A stretch of DNA of 64,000 bases from Auanema rhodensis (lineage: Eukaryota; Animalia; Nematoda), in NCBI GenBank assembly GCA_964057225.1, contig OZ059898.1, forward strand, positions 7,316,001-7,380,000, in the 5' to 3' direction. The notes below the pieces were generated by a model. It saw only the letters and a program-made list of their open reading frames with translations. It was not told the DNA's origin and did not search any database. The translations under genes and the position numbers were made by a program. Every line of letters starts with the position of its first letter. The first letter of the stretch is position 1. Shown here one piece after another: positions 1 through 13,292 of this stretch.

Positions 1-47
1 AGTAGTCTGAATGAAGGAGGAGACTTATATGAGCATCATGTAAATAC

Positions 48-142
48 AGAGAGCAAGAGAGAGAGAGAGAGAAAGAGAGAGAAGTTTAAGAGAGCAAGAG
101 AGAAGGAGAGATAAGTTTAAGAGAAAGAGAGAGAGAGAGAGA
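48..142 (+). repeat. Imperfect (GA)n microsatellite
   Basis: Direct reading. Confidence 0.9.
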
Positions 143-1104
143 AAAAAAATTTTCGTAGCTAATGCTTATGTATATAAATGGTGTTCGTTTGCTTATGAAT
201 TCTTGTGCTTTACCACAACTACGGGAAATAAGAATCTTTCCTAAATTACTTAGTTTCTTGAGTGTAATAACTCTTAATTTCCTTTTAAAGGACATCTCCT
301 TATGAACATTCAAAGATTTATTCAAACATCTACTGATTTTGATTGCTTTCTATTTAATTCTAGTAGCTTGAAAATTTATTTTGATTGTTCTTTCTCATTT
401 TAATTTTATTAAAATCTGACATCATTATCCGATACACCTCAAATAACTACCTTCAGCCAGCCCATACACACATCGCTGATTCTGCTTTCACATGGTTGTT
501 TCAGTTGAAACAACCTTTTTCTCGAAATACGATCCATCTGAGAATCAAGAGGAAAACCATTCAGTTGAATACAATATTACATTCTGCTTTTCTTTATATT
601 CTTAGGCTTCTTCTTTCACTTTTCCTGCAGCACTTTTCTACTAACATTCCGACTTATTGGCTTCTAGACTATCTTCTGTCTACATCGTTGATTCTAATTG
701 CTTAATAGAGCTTTATAGTTGGCAGGGAAGTAACGATTGTTCAAAATATATTTTTCCTTTGTAAGAGCAACATATAGCTCAACATCCAATTTGTCTTTTA
801 CTTTTTCTTATTAAAATTTTCTTTAATTTTCCTTTATTCAAATTATTCTTTCAATTATTCATTCAATACCTCACAATCTTTCATATCTCTCATATCTTGT
901 ATTTTCCCACCAAACTCTTTTTCTATCTTTGCTCTTATTTCCATGTTAATGTTACTAACAGATTATTCATATTTTAATTTCATGACATAATAATTTATAT
1001 ATTTAATTTAAAATATATATAATATTTAATTATATAATTGTCGCATTTTTATTATATCTTCATATTTTTAAAAATATTTTATTATTTTATTTTTAGGCAT
1101 TTAA

Positions 1105-1772
1105 ATGGCGCCACCGCGCCTTCTACTACTTGTAGGACTATGCGCACTACTTGTGATGTCATCACGGTAAGCTATATAGAAATTCAAGTTTTAAACTTAT
1201 CAGAAAACCTATTATAAATCTTTTTTAATGATAAAATAAAAGTGAATGCAAGACAAATTAATAAACTTAGGACATATGTATGTAAAAGGAAATGAAGAGG
1301 AAATGAAAGAAAAGCTTAGTTGATGTATTCTTAAGAGTTTTAAAAATCAAATAGTTCATGCAAATGAAAAGTAAAGAAAAAATGTTTTTTTTTCTTTTAA
1401 AAATGTAACAAAAATGAATTAGACGAAAAGAATTATCATGACACATGTCTATCAAAACTAATCTTTTTTTTATAAAAACATATTTTTCGAGGATAAAGTC
1501 ATTCTATCTAATAGATGATATATAACTTTTTTTGTCATTATTTTGCATCATTTTCAATTTATTCCAAATTATTTTGTTGTTTTGTTTTCAGAGCCCTATC
1601 TGAACCTGTGAAAGATAAAAAAATGTCCAAGCAAATGTCACCTATTGGACCATCGTATATGAAAAGAGCGCCGTTTTTAGTTCGACCACATCGTACTTTG
1701 GGTAATTCAATGAAAAACATTGTTTGAAACCGTTATTCAAATCTATTTTCAGCGTTACTACTATTATCGTGA
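1105..1772 (+). CDS. Small secreted neuropeptide-like precursor, ~63 aa (exons 1105-1166, 1592-1701, 1753-1772)
   Basis: MAPPRLLLLVGLCALLVMSSRA signal peptide, then KK-MSKQMSPIGPSYM-KR-APFLVRPHRTLALLLLS*. GT-AG introns with TTTTCAG acceptors. If intron 2 is unspliced the ORF ends at 1727. Confidence 0.7.
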
Positions 1773-2535
1773 CCAAATCTGTTCTTTAAAATACTCTTAT
1801 CGTACACAACACATTCTCGTCTTCGTCGTCCACTTCTCTTCTAAGCCATTTTTCAAGTCGTCGGTGTTGCTGTCGTTCTCATGGCCGTCAAAACGTCTTG
1901 GAATTCAGAATAACTTCAAAATATTTTTAATATAAACATCAGTATACTGTTTCCTGTCACCCATCCTCCATTCGTCTCATACCGTAGTAACATGTAACGC
2001 GCACTTGTCTCCATCACATCCTTTTCTCGTTCCGTTTTTGTTGTCTCGAGAATGTTTGTGTGCTTATTAGAACATTAGTTTTCACACCATGTTCTTTATC
2101 TTCTTCCTATATTTTTCATTTTAAAAAGTTTTTTTTTCCAAAACATTATTTTGAAAACTTGAACAAGCATTAAAGATTGAAGAGATTGTGCAGGATTTAT
2201 ATTTCGTCAAAAATGTTGATTTTTGATGAACTTACAACATATTTTTTTGGTTTAAATTTCATGATTTTAAAAACATTCAAATATACATATATAGTATATT
2301 CATTCATATTAAACAAACGAGAATATATATATATTTGTCTTTATTTCAACAAGTACTGAAAAGAATGAAAAAAAGTATATATATATATATAAGCTGACTG
2401 ATGTTTATTCAATTAAAGTCTATTTAACAATATTTTTAAATGACTTTTTAAAATAAAATTTATTTGGTAATAGATGTAAAAGAGATGAAACTAGAAAAGT
2501 ATACTTCAAGAAAAAAAAAGATTGAAAATCTCATT

Positions 2536-3367
2536 TTATTCTTCATCACCACTTTCAGATGCTGGTGGAGCAATTTTCTGAAATAAACAAAACCTTTTAG
2601 TGTATATACTTAGTTGAAAGTCATTAATTTATGTGAATAGTTAGTTGCTGTTGTTTTACATAAAATAATATTTTTGAATACTTACACTGAATGTGTCGTA
2701 GTACTTTTGTCGTTGGTCTTCTGGAAGTTGACCAATAGTTTCATCATTGCACATGATCATTCCCTAAAAATAAAAGATCATTTTCACTAAGAAAATTAGG
2801 AAAATTAGTGAAAAGACTTTGAAAAAAGAACAAAAAAAACTGAGAGGTATAGGAAAATGAGAGAGAGAGAGAGGGTGAGAGAGAGAGAAAGAAAGGATTG
2901 TATGATATAAGCAAAGATACTACCTTATCGGTATTCTTGATACAGTCAAGGAATTTGTTGCTCATCTCAATTAAAGCAGGGTCAATTGATTGAGAGCTCA
3001 AACTTTGCTTAGCAATATCAATCTTGTGGTGGAATTCAGCTGCAATCATATTGTATTAATTTTTAGATAATTAAAGATAATATATATGTTAATTATATTT
3101 AATTTGAGTTGATTATAAATTCATTTCTGATCTTATATTCGTCATTTTGATATTGTGTCAACTTAAGTTTTTAAAAATTTCAAGTTTAAAACCTTTTTCA
3201 ATACCTTTAAATTTTCTATCACGAGTATCATCGGATTCGTCACTGGAAGAAGAAGAATCGTCTATGTTTTCAGCAGCAAAGTCCATACGAGCAGCACGTG
3301 GAATTTCTTGTGCGGAAGCGTAGACAACCAAGATGCAGAATCCAAGAGCGAGAAATTGGAAATTCAT
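2536..3367 (-). CDS. Small secreted protein of unknown function (4 exons, acidic/Ser-rich N-region, 2 Cys)
   Basis: Signal peptide MNFQFLALGFCILVVYASA. Exons join in frame through GT-AG introns: ...RDRKFK|AEFHHK...NTDK|GMIMCNDE...DTFS|KIAPPASESGDEE*. Confidence 0.8.
2859..2890 (+). repeat. (GA)n microsatellite in an intron
   Basis: Direct reading. Confidence 0.9.
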
Positions 3368-4019
3368 TATCTAAAGAAGATAAATGATAATTTAAAGAAG
3401 ATAAAAGATTTTTAAATAATAAAAATAAATAGTTTATGTATATAATTAATAATAAATTTTAAAAAAATGTAAAAAAAAATATATTTCAGTTCAAACAAAT
3501 CAGATTATTATATGTTTTTACAGTTATATCTCTAAAACTACTGAATTTCTGTCATTATATAGTATTTTCATTTGCTCATTACTGAAAATCGGATTAAGAT
3601 CAATTTGTCTATTTATTTAGTCAGGTTATGAGTATTGATAGATTTGAAAAGCAATTTACCGAATGAACATTATAGTTTGGAATAATCCGTTTGTAATCAG
3701 TACAATCGGATCATTATCCGAACAATGATCTGTTCAATTCTCAACAATTGTATTATATACAATATAAATACTATATATTGTATATATATATATTATATAT
3801 TATATTATATAATTAAAATATATTAATTGTATACAACTGATAAAGATGCTGATGTTGCTGTTACTGCTGCTATTATGTTATGTTATGATGTATTTAGTTG
3901 CAAATTTGAAAATAAATTATTTCTTTAATACTTAAAAATATAAAATAATAAATTTTTATTTATTTATTTTTTAAATAAACAATATTATTTTTGATAAATG
4001 ATTATCAATCATTTAATAT

Positions 4020-7000
4020 TTATAAATAACAAAAATTCTTAGTGTCACACGTTGTTGTCATACACATAGAACTGAAAATATAATAAAAATTGAAAAATTA
4101 AAAATATATTAAACTAACAATGCTTCTTTCGTTAAACAATTCTCATTTCTCCATACAGCTTGGTTTTTAACTGTTGTCGATACTACACAATCACCTCCAT
4201 TTTGTATTGGATAGCCTTCATCCCAATTTTCATATTTTAAATCCTTAAAAGTTCAAAAAACCATTAATTATAATTATATATTTGGATTATCTAACCGTTA
4301 CTCCTACATGACTCCATTCCCATTCATTAGATCCCTTTTTCAATCCAACATGATATTCTACTGTTCGATTAATATTTCTAATAGTCATATATCTGAATTT
4401 TTTTAGTAAAAAATTTAATTTTTTTAAAATCAAAAATACTTTTTAGCTGCATTTTGAACGACAACACTTTTTTCTTGAGAATTGATGAAAACCAAAAAAC
4501 CTTCATAACCATAAATGTTAGAACAGACATGTCTTAAATTGAATTTTCAAAATTATGTTTTTTTCTTGTTGTTTTTCTGAAATATTTTTTTATGAAAAAG
4601 TGAAACAATGACATATTATTTTCTAATTATCTTCTTTTTTTTCCAATGATTAAATGAGCTGATTAGCTTACTCAGCACTGATCCAATTGGAATCAATTGT
4701 ATCCAACATATAACATTCTCCAAATTTTCGATCATTAACTATTAATTGAATCCAACGATTTGGACAGAAACAATTAACTAAAACATATATACTTGTTATT
4801 TACATTATACATAAGTATATATACTATATACTGTGTTGATATAATTAAGAAATATATTTGTAATATACCTTGACACAATGCATCAGTTACATCGTCAATT
4901 TCATCAAATTCTTCAGTTGTAAAATTCATTCGTGGACTAGCTAATAAACCTATTTTCTTTGAAAAATCTCCAGTATTTTGCTATAATATTTAAAAAAATT
5001 TTAGTTAAATTTGGTAAAAAATGAAATGAACGCATACCGTAATAACTGAAACGGTTATAATGCTTATACCATTTTCTTTAATAGAATCAGCTAAATTAGT
5101 TGGATCATCAAGACCATTTCTAAAATAAAAAAAAAGAATAAATAAATAATTTTAAAAAAAAAATAAAAAAATATTATTTGTTACCCATGATATGCACTTG
5201 TATATAATATTATTGCGTTTGGTGATCTTTTCCTAGAAGTTGTATCAAATTCATTTGACGCTAAACGTAGGCAGCTGCAAACAAAATTTTGAAACTAAAA
5301 TCAAATTGGACATTTTAAAATTATAATTTTAAAAATATAAAATATTTTAATTATTATATTACCTAGCTATATCAGATTTACTTATATTTGTTGCTTCAAT
5401 ATTCCATAATTTATCAATAAAAGTATTAGTATCATTACAAGAATCCATAGAAATTTCCACCTAAAATTTAAAAATTAAATTCAAAACAAATTTCAAAAAA
5501 TTCAAACCTTTGCTTGATTGTTGAATGTTAATAAACTAACACGAACAGATTGATTATATGTTTGATCAAGATTCATACCAGCTACCAATGAATGAATATT
5601 AGCTTGAATCTAAAAGTTAAGTTTTAATTTATCAAAAAGAACTGTATTAGTATTAACTGAGGAAAAATCTGCTTTCATTCCTGCTGAATTATCAAGACAA
5701 ATAACAATATTAGTCTAAAATAAATAAATTATTAAAATATAAATAACTATTAATCAAATAATTTTACATAAAGGCTGCTAGGATCACATGAACAGTTCAT
5801 ATAATCAGCTTCTGTTTTAACAGGAGCTGTTGTTGGTCTAGGTTTCTTTGTAGGATTCTACAAAGATATTCAAATAAAATAATTATTATAGTATTAGTTA
5901 CTGGAGAAGTATTCTTCTGAGTTGGCTTAGGTGGAGTGAGAGTTGAACATGTTTCAGTGGGAGGTGTTGGATATGAAGCTAAATTGAAGATTGTTCCTAT
6001 ATTATGATTAAACAAAGCTTTAATACCTTCATGAAAACAAATCTGATCATTTATAATATTATTAAAAACAGATTCTTTAGAAGTACTAAGAGATTGCATT
6101 GGAATAGAAATAATCTATAAGATTAATAGATTTTTATAGTTTAAGAAGGACAGAGATTACATTATATTTAGAAATATTAGCAAAGTCGGACACTTGAGCT
6201 TTTAAAGTTATAAAGGATAATTGAAAACCTGCATTTATAATATTTTTACTTGTTTGTTCTGATAATTTAAATTCTTTAGATCTTCTAAATATATGAATAT
6301 TCTATATATTTTTTATAATAAAACAAACGTTTCTCCTGTAAAAACAATCATTCTTTTCTGAACATCAGTTCTAGGAAGAGATTTCATTCCAATTACATAA
6401 AATTTATAAAGAGCATATAGACATCTTAATATTTTTATATAATTAATAATTAAATGTAATTATCTTACTCAGATAATCCACCTTCCCATAATCCATATGA
6501 TAATGTTTGTGAGTTAAGTGTATCCAAAGTATTTATTAAAGAACTACTGAAAATTTTGCAAAATAAACAGGTGAAATTTGATAATGACGTATATATAATG
6601 ATGTATATTAATAATAAATATATAATAATATACCTTATATCAAAATATGGTGTTGATTCATAATTATCAACAAATAAAAATCCAAATGTTGCAACTCGTA
6701 CCTTATTCTGACTTAATGTCCAATTTGAAACTAATCGTTTAATAAAACTAATTTCCTATAAAAAATAATTATTTTTCTAAAGTTTTTTTACATAAAAATT
6801 AAAATTTACTTCAACTACATTCGAAGGGCTTTCCATAGACAATGAATTATCAATGGCAAATACGATATCTCGTGTACATGGTTCAACATAACATTCTATA
6901 AATTATATAAATACATATAAATATATATTTATTGATTTATTTATTTATTTATAATTTATAATAAATTATACCTTTTGTATGTATTAAAGTATATACATTG

Positions 7001-7044
7001 AATATAAGAAATAATGAGAAATATATTGAATGAGGTGTCATCAT
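4020..7044 (-). CDS. Secreted vWA-vWA-C-type lectin protein (nematode clec-60/62-like architecture), many short exons
   Basis: Signal peptide. vWA1 CTRDIVFAIDNSLSM...VRVATFGF, Pro/Thr linker, vWA2 NIVICLDNSAGM...VRVSL, CTL domain NCFCPNRW...YHVGL...YENWDEGYP...DCV...WRNENC, C-terminus CMTTTCDTKNFCYL*. Confidence 0.85.
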
Positions 7045-7790
7045 CTTCTACCTTTAAGTTATTTAATTAATAATTTTAATATTATAAAAGAAAACAAATC
7101 AATATTTTCTTTCCTTTTTTTAAAAAATTAAGAAAATATTAGCATCATATGAAATATACTGTAATAAATAATTTTAATGATAAGAAAAAGTTATTTCATT
7201 GATTATATATATGGTTTTTCAACGCCTTCAACTCTGTAAATCGGATGATCTAAGAGATTATAATGATTTCATATCAATTAACTGTTCGTTTATGTCATTT
7301 TTATATACTTCATAGACATTTTTTACATTGAAATAAAAATAAAAATTTATTTTATTCTGTGTACAAAGGCAATTTGACCCAAGTGAAACATGAAGCATCA
7401 TATAGAATATACATATATGTATAAGTAAATGAATAAAAAAAAACATTTTCTTTCAAACCGGGATTAATAACATTTAAAATTTAAAAAAAATAACAATCTA
7501 TATAACCTATATAATCATATAATTCTTAGTTAAAATATAAACTAAAGAATTAAATGAGAATAGTTATTAAGGAATAAGAAGAAGAACGAGTAAAAACAAC
7601 ATCCCGTATAACTGACGATGCTTAACAACCTATACCTAATATAGGTTATTGGTTGGGAAAGTAACTAGTAGAGGATAAAGCTAAACAAATTAGTTTTTGA
7701 CACAAATTTTGTAAGAAAAAGAGAATTTACGATGATATTCTTCTGAATACATTTTCAGAAAAAATAATGGTAGTATAATCTATATTTAGG

Positions 7791-10700
7791 TTATAGATTA
7801 TCACATATGACAAAGCCATCCTTATCAAATTTTCGACAGAACTCCTCTAATTCACCCAAACGATGTTTCTCAATAGTGCTCATCGCTGACATTCTGTAAT
7901 ATTATTATATAAATTGTATAAAAAGTAATAATAAAATAAAAATATAAAATATATTTCGAACCTAACAGTAAAATGATTACAATCATTCTTATCTTTAGTC
8001 CATTTCCAGTCAACATCAATTTTTAATGGTGTTATACTGGTTAAGTTCATGACATTTTTATCATATCCATCCATTCCAAGGCGAAGATGTTGATTATACT
8101 AAATAAAAAATAATATATTACATCATAATTATATGGTATAGTTACATGTTCATCTTCTAATTCTGTTGGCAGTTGAACATAGGTAAATGCATTTTGCCAT
8201 CTGGGTAATTCATGATAATCTTGTGGTGATGTAGCCATATGAGCATTTGTTCCACCTTCACAATGTTTTTTACCATGTCTTGTACCACATGTTGAGAGAT
8301 GCCATCTAAATTATTATATAAATAGTTATAGTTTTAGTATAATATATAGTTAAAATAATTATATTTACCTAATAGCTACTTCATCCCAATGGCGACAACG
8401 TAAAACTTCAGATCCTTCCCAGTTATATGTACGACTACCAATTAGCTCCCATTTCTCTTCTTCGGACTGAAAGTTTAAATTATATTTATTTATATTTAAT
8501 ATATAATATTAGATATATTTAATATTAAAATTATAAATATTAGAGAGATAGATAGAAGTAAAAATGTAGTAAAAACAATTTAAATAGAATCGATCTGTTT
8601 AAATCAATGATTAGACAAATATGATAAATGTAAATAAAATATTATATTTATAAGTTATATTTCAATCAATATAACCATTATTATATATTTTTTAAAATAT
8701 ATAATAATAATATAAATTATTATTATAATTTTACTTCCCAACTTCATATTATCTAAAATTTAGAAATTGAAAAACTTGAACATTCAATGAAAAAATCTAA
8801 TTTTCCTACAAATCACGATGAATGTTCAGTGGTTTTTTTTCAATTTCCGTATTCATGAACAGTTGGCTTGACAATGCCATTGATCTGCTTATATCTGCCG
8901 TTTATCTCTAAATCTCATATTCTTCTTTGATTTTTCAAAGTATTTTAACTGAACTGAATAGAAGATAGAATGACATAATCAATAGGTCCGGCTGCCTTTT
9001 TCTCGAAAATTTTGTGTAAAATGGCAGATATCCGTTAAGCTATTTCTTGCTCATCTCTTTACTTTCAGATCATCTGCCTTATCCAATAGATGTATTTACT
9101 TATCCATTTGAATTATACTATATGTATAATGTAATCAATTGGATTATATTACTAAAGTTTATGTTTTATTAATGTTTTTCAAATTTAATTTGTAAACTAA
9201 GCTTATTTCAACTTTTAAATACAATCAATCTGATTGTTTATCTCATGTTTTACACTTAGTTTTTATTTTGAATCGACAATTCACTTTGCTCCAATTTCAA
9301 TCAAGAATTGAAAAAATTATCGTTCAAATACATTTTTTGCTTATTTTCAGAATGTCTGAGTACTTAGGATGGACTGAACGTACTCCATCACAAAGAACCA
9401 AAACATATGGAAAGTACGTATAATTAATAAATATAAATAATATTATATTGTGTTAATTATATTAATTATATTCTTATTTATTTTAGAGATACACTTCCAG
9501 GAGGACCAGTAACGCATAGTTATGAGAGTTACGTGAAGAATATTTTCCATCCAGCAAATCGTCTTAAAAGAGTTAGAACGCACATAAACAACAAAAATCA
9601 AAATGTCTGACGTCTCATATTTCAGGATTCAGAACAATTGGCTACAGATCGTGGTATTCCAGCCAGTACTATGCTCAGAATGGAGAGAACATTGGGTCGT
9701 GGAGTTTTAGAAGATAAATATGATGATGATTTATTAAAGACTCCACTGGAAGCAATGTATGATGAGCTTGGCCTCAAGAGCAATGAGGTTTGTTAGCTTA
9801 AAAACATTTATTTTTTGGTTCGTTGTTATAGATAGGGATTAAATATTGAAAATATTTTAGAATGCTTTGTATCGCAATTATCAAGTATATGTGCCAAAGC
9901 AATCAAGTGAATACTATGCCATTGCTTATGGAAATATCAAGAAAGACACAAGTGATTTGGCACAATGCAGAGTAAGCTTTCTCAATTTGTTTCTTTATTT
10001 GAAACATATTTAGGGTTTGTATACATCATATCGTGATAAAGCAGATGATGAATACATGAAGAATAATCACAAAACATTGATTGATTACAAAAATTTTGAA
10101 AGGTTAGTTCAATCATTACTATATTATAATCACAAAACAATTAGTAGTAAATCAGATAAATACAAATTATATCAGATGAACTATATCTTTCTTGGATAGT
10201 TCTTTGGAATTTTCTTTTTTTTTTCAAAATAATAAAAAAAAATTCTTCAGTCCTGATCATATGTCATACGCCTATGACGGCTATATGTAGTAAGTTTATC
10301 AGACTATATTAACTATAACGTATAGTATAGTTGTAATATAATTGAATTGATAACATTAACTATTTAATATAATTTACAGCTTTTATGCTTTTCAGTAAAA
10401 AAATATTTTTTTCTTCAATTTTTTTTCTATAAAGTATGTTAGACCTCCACAATTGTCACTAAATATGTTGACAAATTGAAAATTTGATTTTCAAGCTTTA
10501 AAATGAATAGAAACTTGAGAAGAAAATATGAATCAAAGAAAACTTAATTATTATTTTGAATAGCAGCCTAATTAGGAAATAGATTGAAATCAAAAATGAC
10601 AAGGACGTTAGAATGAAACAGATTGATTTCAATTTTTGTGTGAGTGAGTGAGTTTTACTATAAATCAACGGAAATTTAAGAAAGAAAAATAAATAAATAA

Positions 10701-11324
10701 TATGAATATATAAGTTTATAACATGTTATTATAACAAATAATAAACTAACTACTATATAATATATAAATATCTATATGAATCATATGAATTATAAACTTT
10801 TTTCTTATTTTCAGTTCTCCTCTCTCACCCTTTTTGTATCAAAGTCATCCATATGTCAGAAGTCAAGATTCAAGAATAGTAGGATCGAACTTCGTTCAGG
10901 TTTTTCAAAGGAAAACATTTTTTCTCTTAATAATTTAATTTCTTAAAGGTAACATCTCGTCCAAAAGACAGATTCCTTGAGAAGGTGGAACAGACTCTAG
11001 CTGAAGTACGCTCAATGCCAAGATACTGTTAATGAACTTCTCAGACAATTTGCTCAATAATTTTCTCAAAAAAAGAAAATGTATAATAGGGCCAATGTGG
11101 AATAGGTTTCTGGTTGTATTAATTCATTATACTATTTTTGATTTTCTTCACAAAATTCTTCTAATAACATCCGGTGAATATAAATACATTTTGAATTATC
11201 TTTTTAAATATTAATATAAGATGTATAAGATGTTATGTATAATTATATTATAATATAAGAATATATAACTAACCTGAATCCTGGCTTGAGCCAGTCCTAC
11301 TAAAAGAAATAACCATAACGTCAT
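7791..11324 (-). CDS. Secreted nematode protein of unknown function; signal-peptide exon 11274-11324, 2.8-kb intron 1, remaining exons 8466-7791
   Basis: Exons below 8466 splice into an open frame (SEEEKWELIGSRTYNWEG...FVICDNL*) that lacks a start. Exon MTLWLFLLVGLAQARIQ|gttagt has the matching phase 0 and follows a TTTTCAG. The link to exon 1 is inferred. Confidence 0.7.
9352..11032 (+). CDS. Tyr/Ser-rich nematode protein of unknown function (8 exons), nested antisense in the intron of the previous gene
   Basis: TTTTCAG-A-ATG start. Continuous frame MSEYLGWTERTPSQRTKTYG...GYMYSPLSPFLYQSHPY...EVRSMPRYC* through canonical introns. Confidence 0.85.
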
Positions 11325-13218
11325 ATGACTGAAAAATATAAAAAAGTAATTTAGAAAATGTCAAAATATATAGAAAAAAGTGCAGAATATAGGATGAAAT
11401 AACGAAGAACAATTGATAATTTAAAGAATATGTTGAGAAACATTTCTAAGACTGTATAAGAAAGTATCAGAGAAGTTCACTCTTATATGAAGTGACAGAT
11501 TAGAAAGAGATAAAATTCAAAATCTTATAAAAAGAATTTTTTTTCTTTGAAAGTATTGTGTTTAAACATAATAAAGTCTGGAAAAGATCTGAGATAATGA
11601 GATTTGAATATACAATGAAATGAGAAATGCGAATTATGAATTTTCATTTTCAATACTATGAACATCAAAGAAAGTGATTATAAGGAATCTAATCATTCAA
11701 AATCAAGACAGAAAATCGTTAATTTCCTGAAAAGAATGGGTGAATCAGAGATATATTTGAAGACAAATTCATGAATTAGATTCAGGAATGCTGATAGCAG
11801 AATGATGCATAATATCGAGTAAAATTCATGGAATATGTATTTAAAAGACAAAATTTGAGTTTTTTTAAGAACAATATCTATTATTCTCATCTCAAACAAA
11901 GAATGAACATGAATAAATACAAAAAACAATTTCAATTAATCAACAAGCAAAATTTGGTCGAAAATTTGTATGAAAACTCAATCAGTAGGAAAAACAAATT
12001 TTCTTTATTTTGCTATAGGATGAATGAAACAATAGAATCACCATATAAAGAGAATGCTGAAGGACAAAATTAGCTTAAGGATTTTTTCCGTTCTTCGTTG
12101 ATGTTACTTCTTTCCAATTTGCTGTAACTCACACGTTCTTAAGCTTTTGCATTGCTCAATGAGTATGGAGGTAAAGCGAATAAGCTTGAAATGGGTAGAA
12201 AGTGTATTTAAAGCTTATTCATATCATATTAAAGCCTCGTTAGAGCTTTTTTTTTTTTTAAAAAAAGTATTATATGCATATAGATTTGAAATGTAAAGGA
12301 TATTGACAGAACGAAATAGATGAAAGTGAATTGAACAACAAGAAAATATAAAATAATTCAAATAGAACCAAATATGTATTTATAAAATACATATTTATGC
12401 TTATATATAATATATAAGTATATAAATAAATCAATATAATAAAGAAAAATCAAAGAAAATCATGTAGTAAGTATAGTTCAGAGAGCAACGAACCCTAAAT
12501 TGGATGGTCGATCTTCGGTCATTTGCATATATGATTTGAAAATCTTTCTCCCCTTCACTAGTTGAACGCACACACTTTCTGATTTGCTAAACAACATTTT
12601 CGAACATTTTAAATGTAATTTTCATATAAATGTTTCCAAATAAAATGATTTTGAATGTTTTTAACCATCTTATCTCTTCTAATCTCTAAATATAAATTGT
12701 TTTTTTTAATTAATTTGAATACAACCGTTCATTATATAGAACGTAGTCTAAATAAAAAGAAGCCATACAAGCCATATTCACGTAATACGGGTTTGAACCT
12801 ATCTATCTCCCGCAAATAAATTTCACGTAAAATTGAATTATAGGTATAATCATATATAGAATCAGAATAATTTTGATCTTTTTTACATCATTATGCTTTC
12901 TAATTAGGATATAATGAAAATAGCCCGTCAAGGGTTATGGGAATGATGACAAGTCGGAATGTCATTTGACTTCTTTTTCTTCTTCTTCTCCTTCTTCTAC
13001 AACTGACAGATGATATCTTGGTCAAGATGTATCGAGAATAGCTTTCTACATTTCCTATTCAAAATCGGAAATAACACAAGATCGAGCTTCTGGGCTAGCA
13101 CTAACATTTCCTCAAGTAATATTAGGTCTAAAACATTATCTTGATTACTTGGTAGGGAGGAATGAGGTATAGGGGTGAAAAAGAGATAAATTTGCAGTAT
13201 AAGGAGCAAACCCGACGG

Positions 13219-13220
<2 letters not shown>

Positions 13221-13290
<70 letters not shown>
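13221..13290 (+). repeat. (GA)n microsatellite, ~70 bp
   Basis: Direct reading. Confidence 0.97.

Positions 13291-13292
<2 letters not shown>

Noticed and set aside
8735-8905. Apparent upstream exons with three in-frame TGA codons (stop reassignment or selenocysteine?)
   Set aside because: TGA is an ordinary stop in several genes here (rbm-26, EEF1AKMT1, strd-1, zig-5), and a cleaner first exon exists at 11274-11324.
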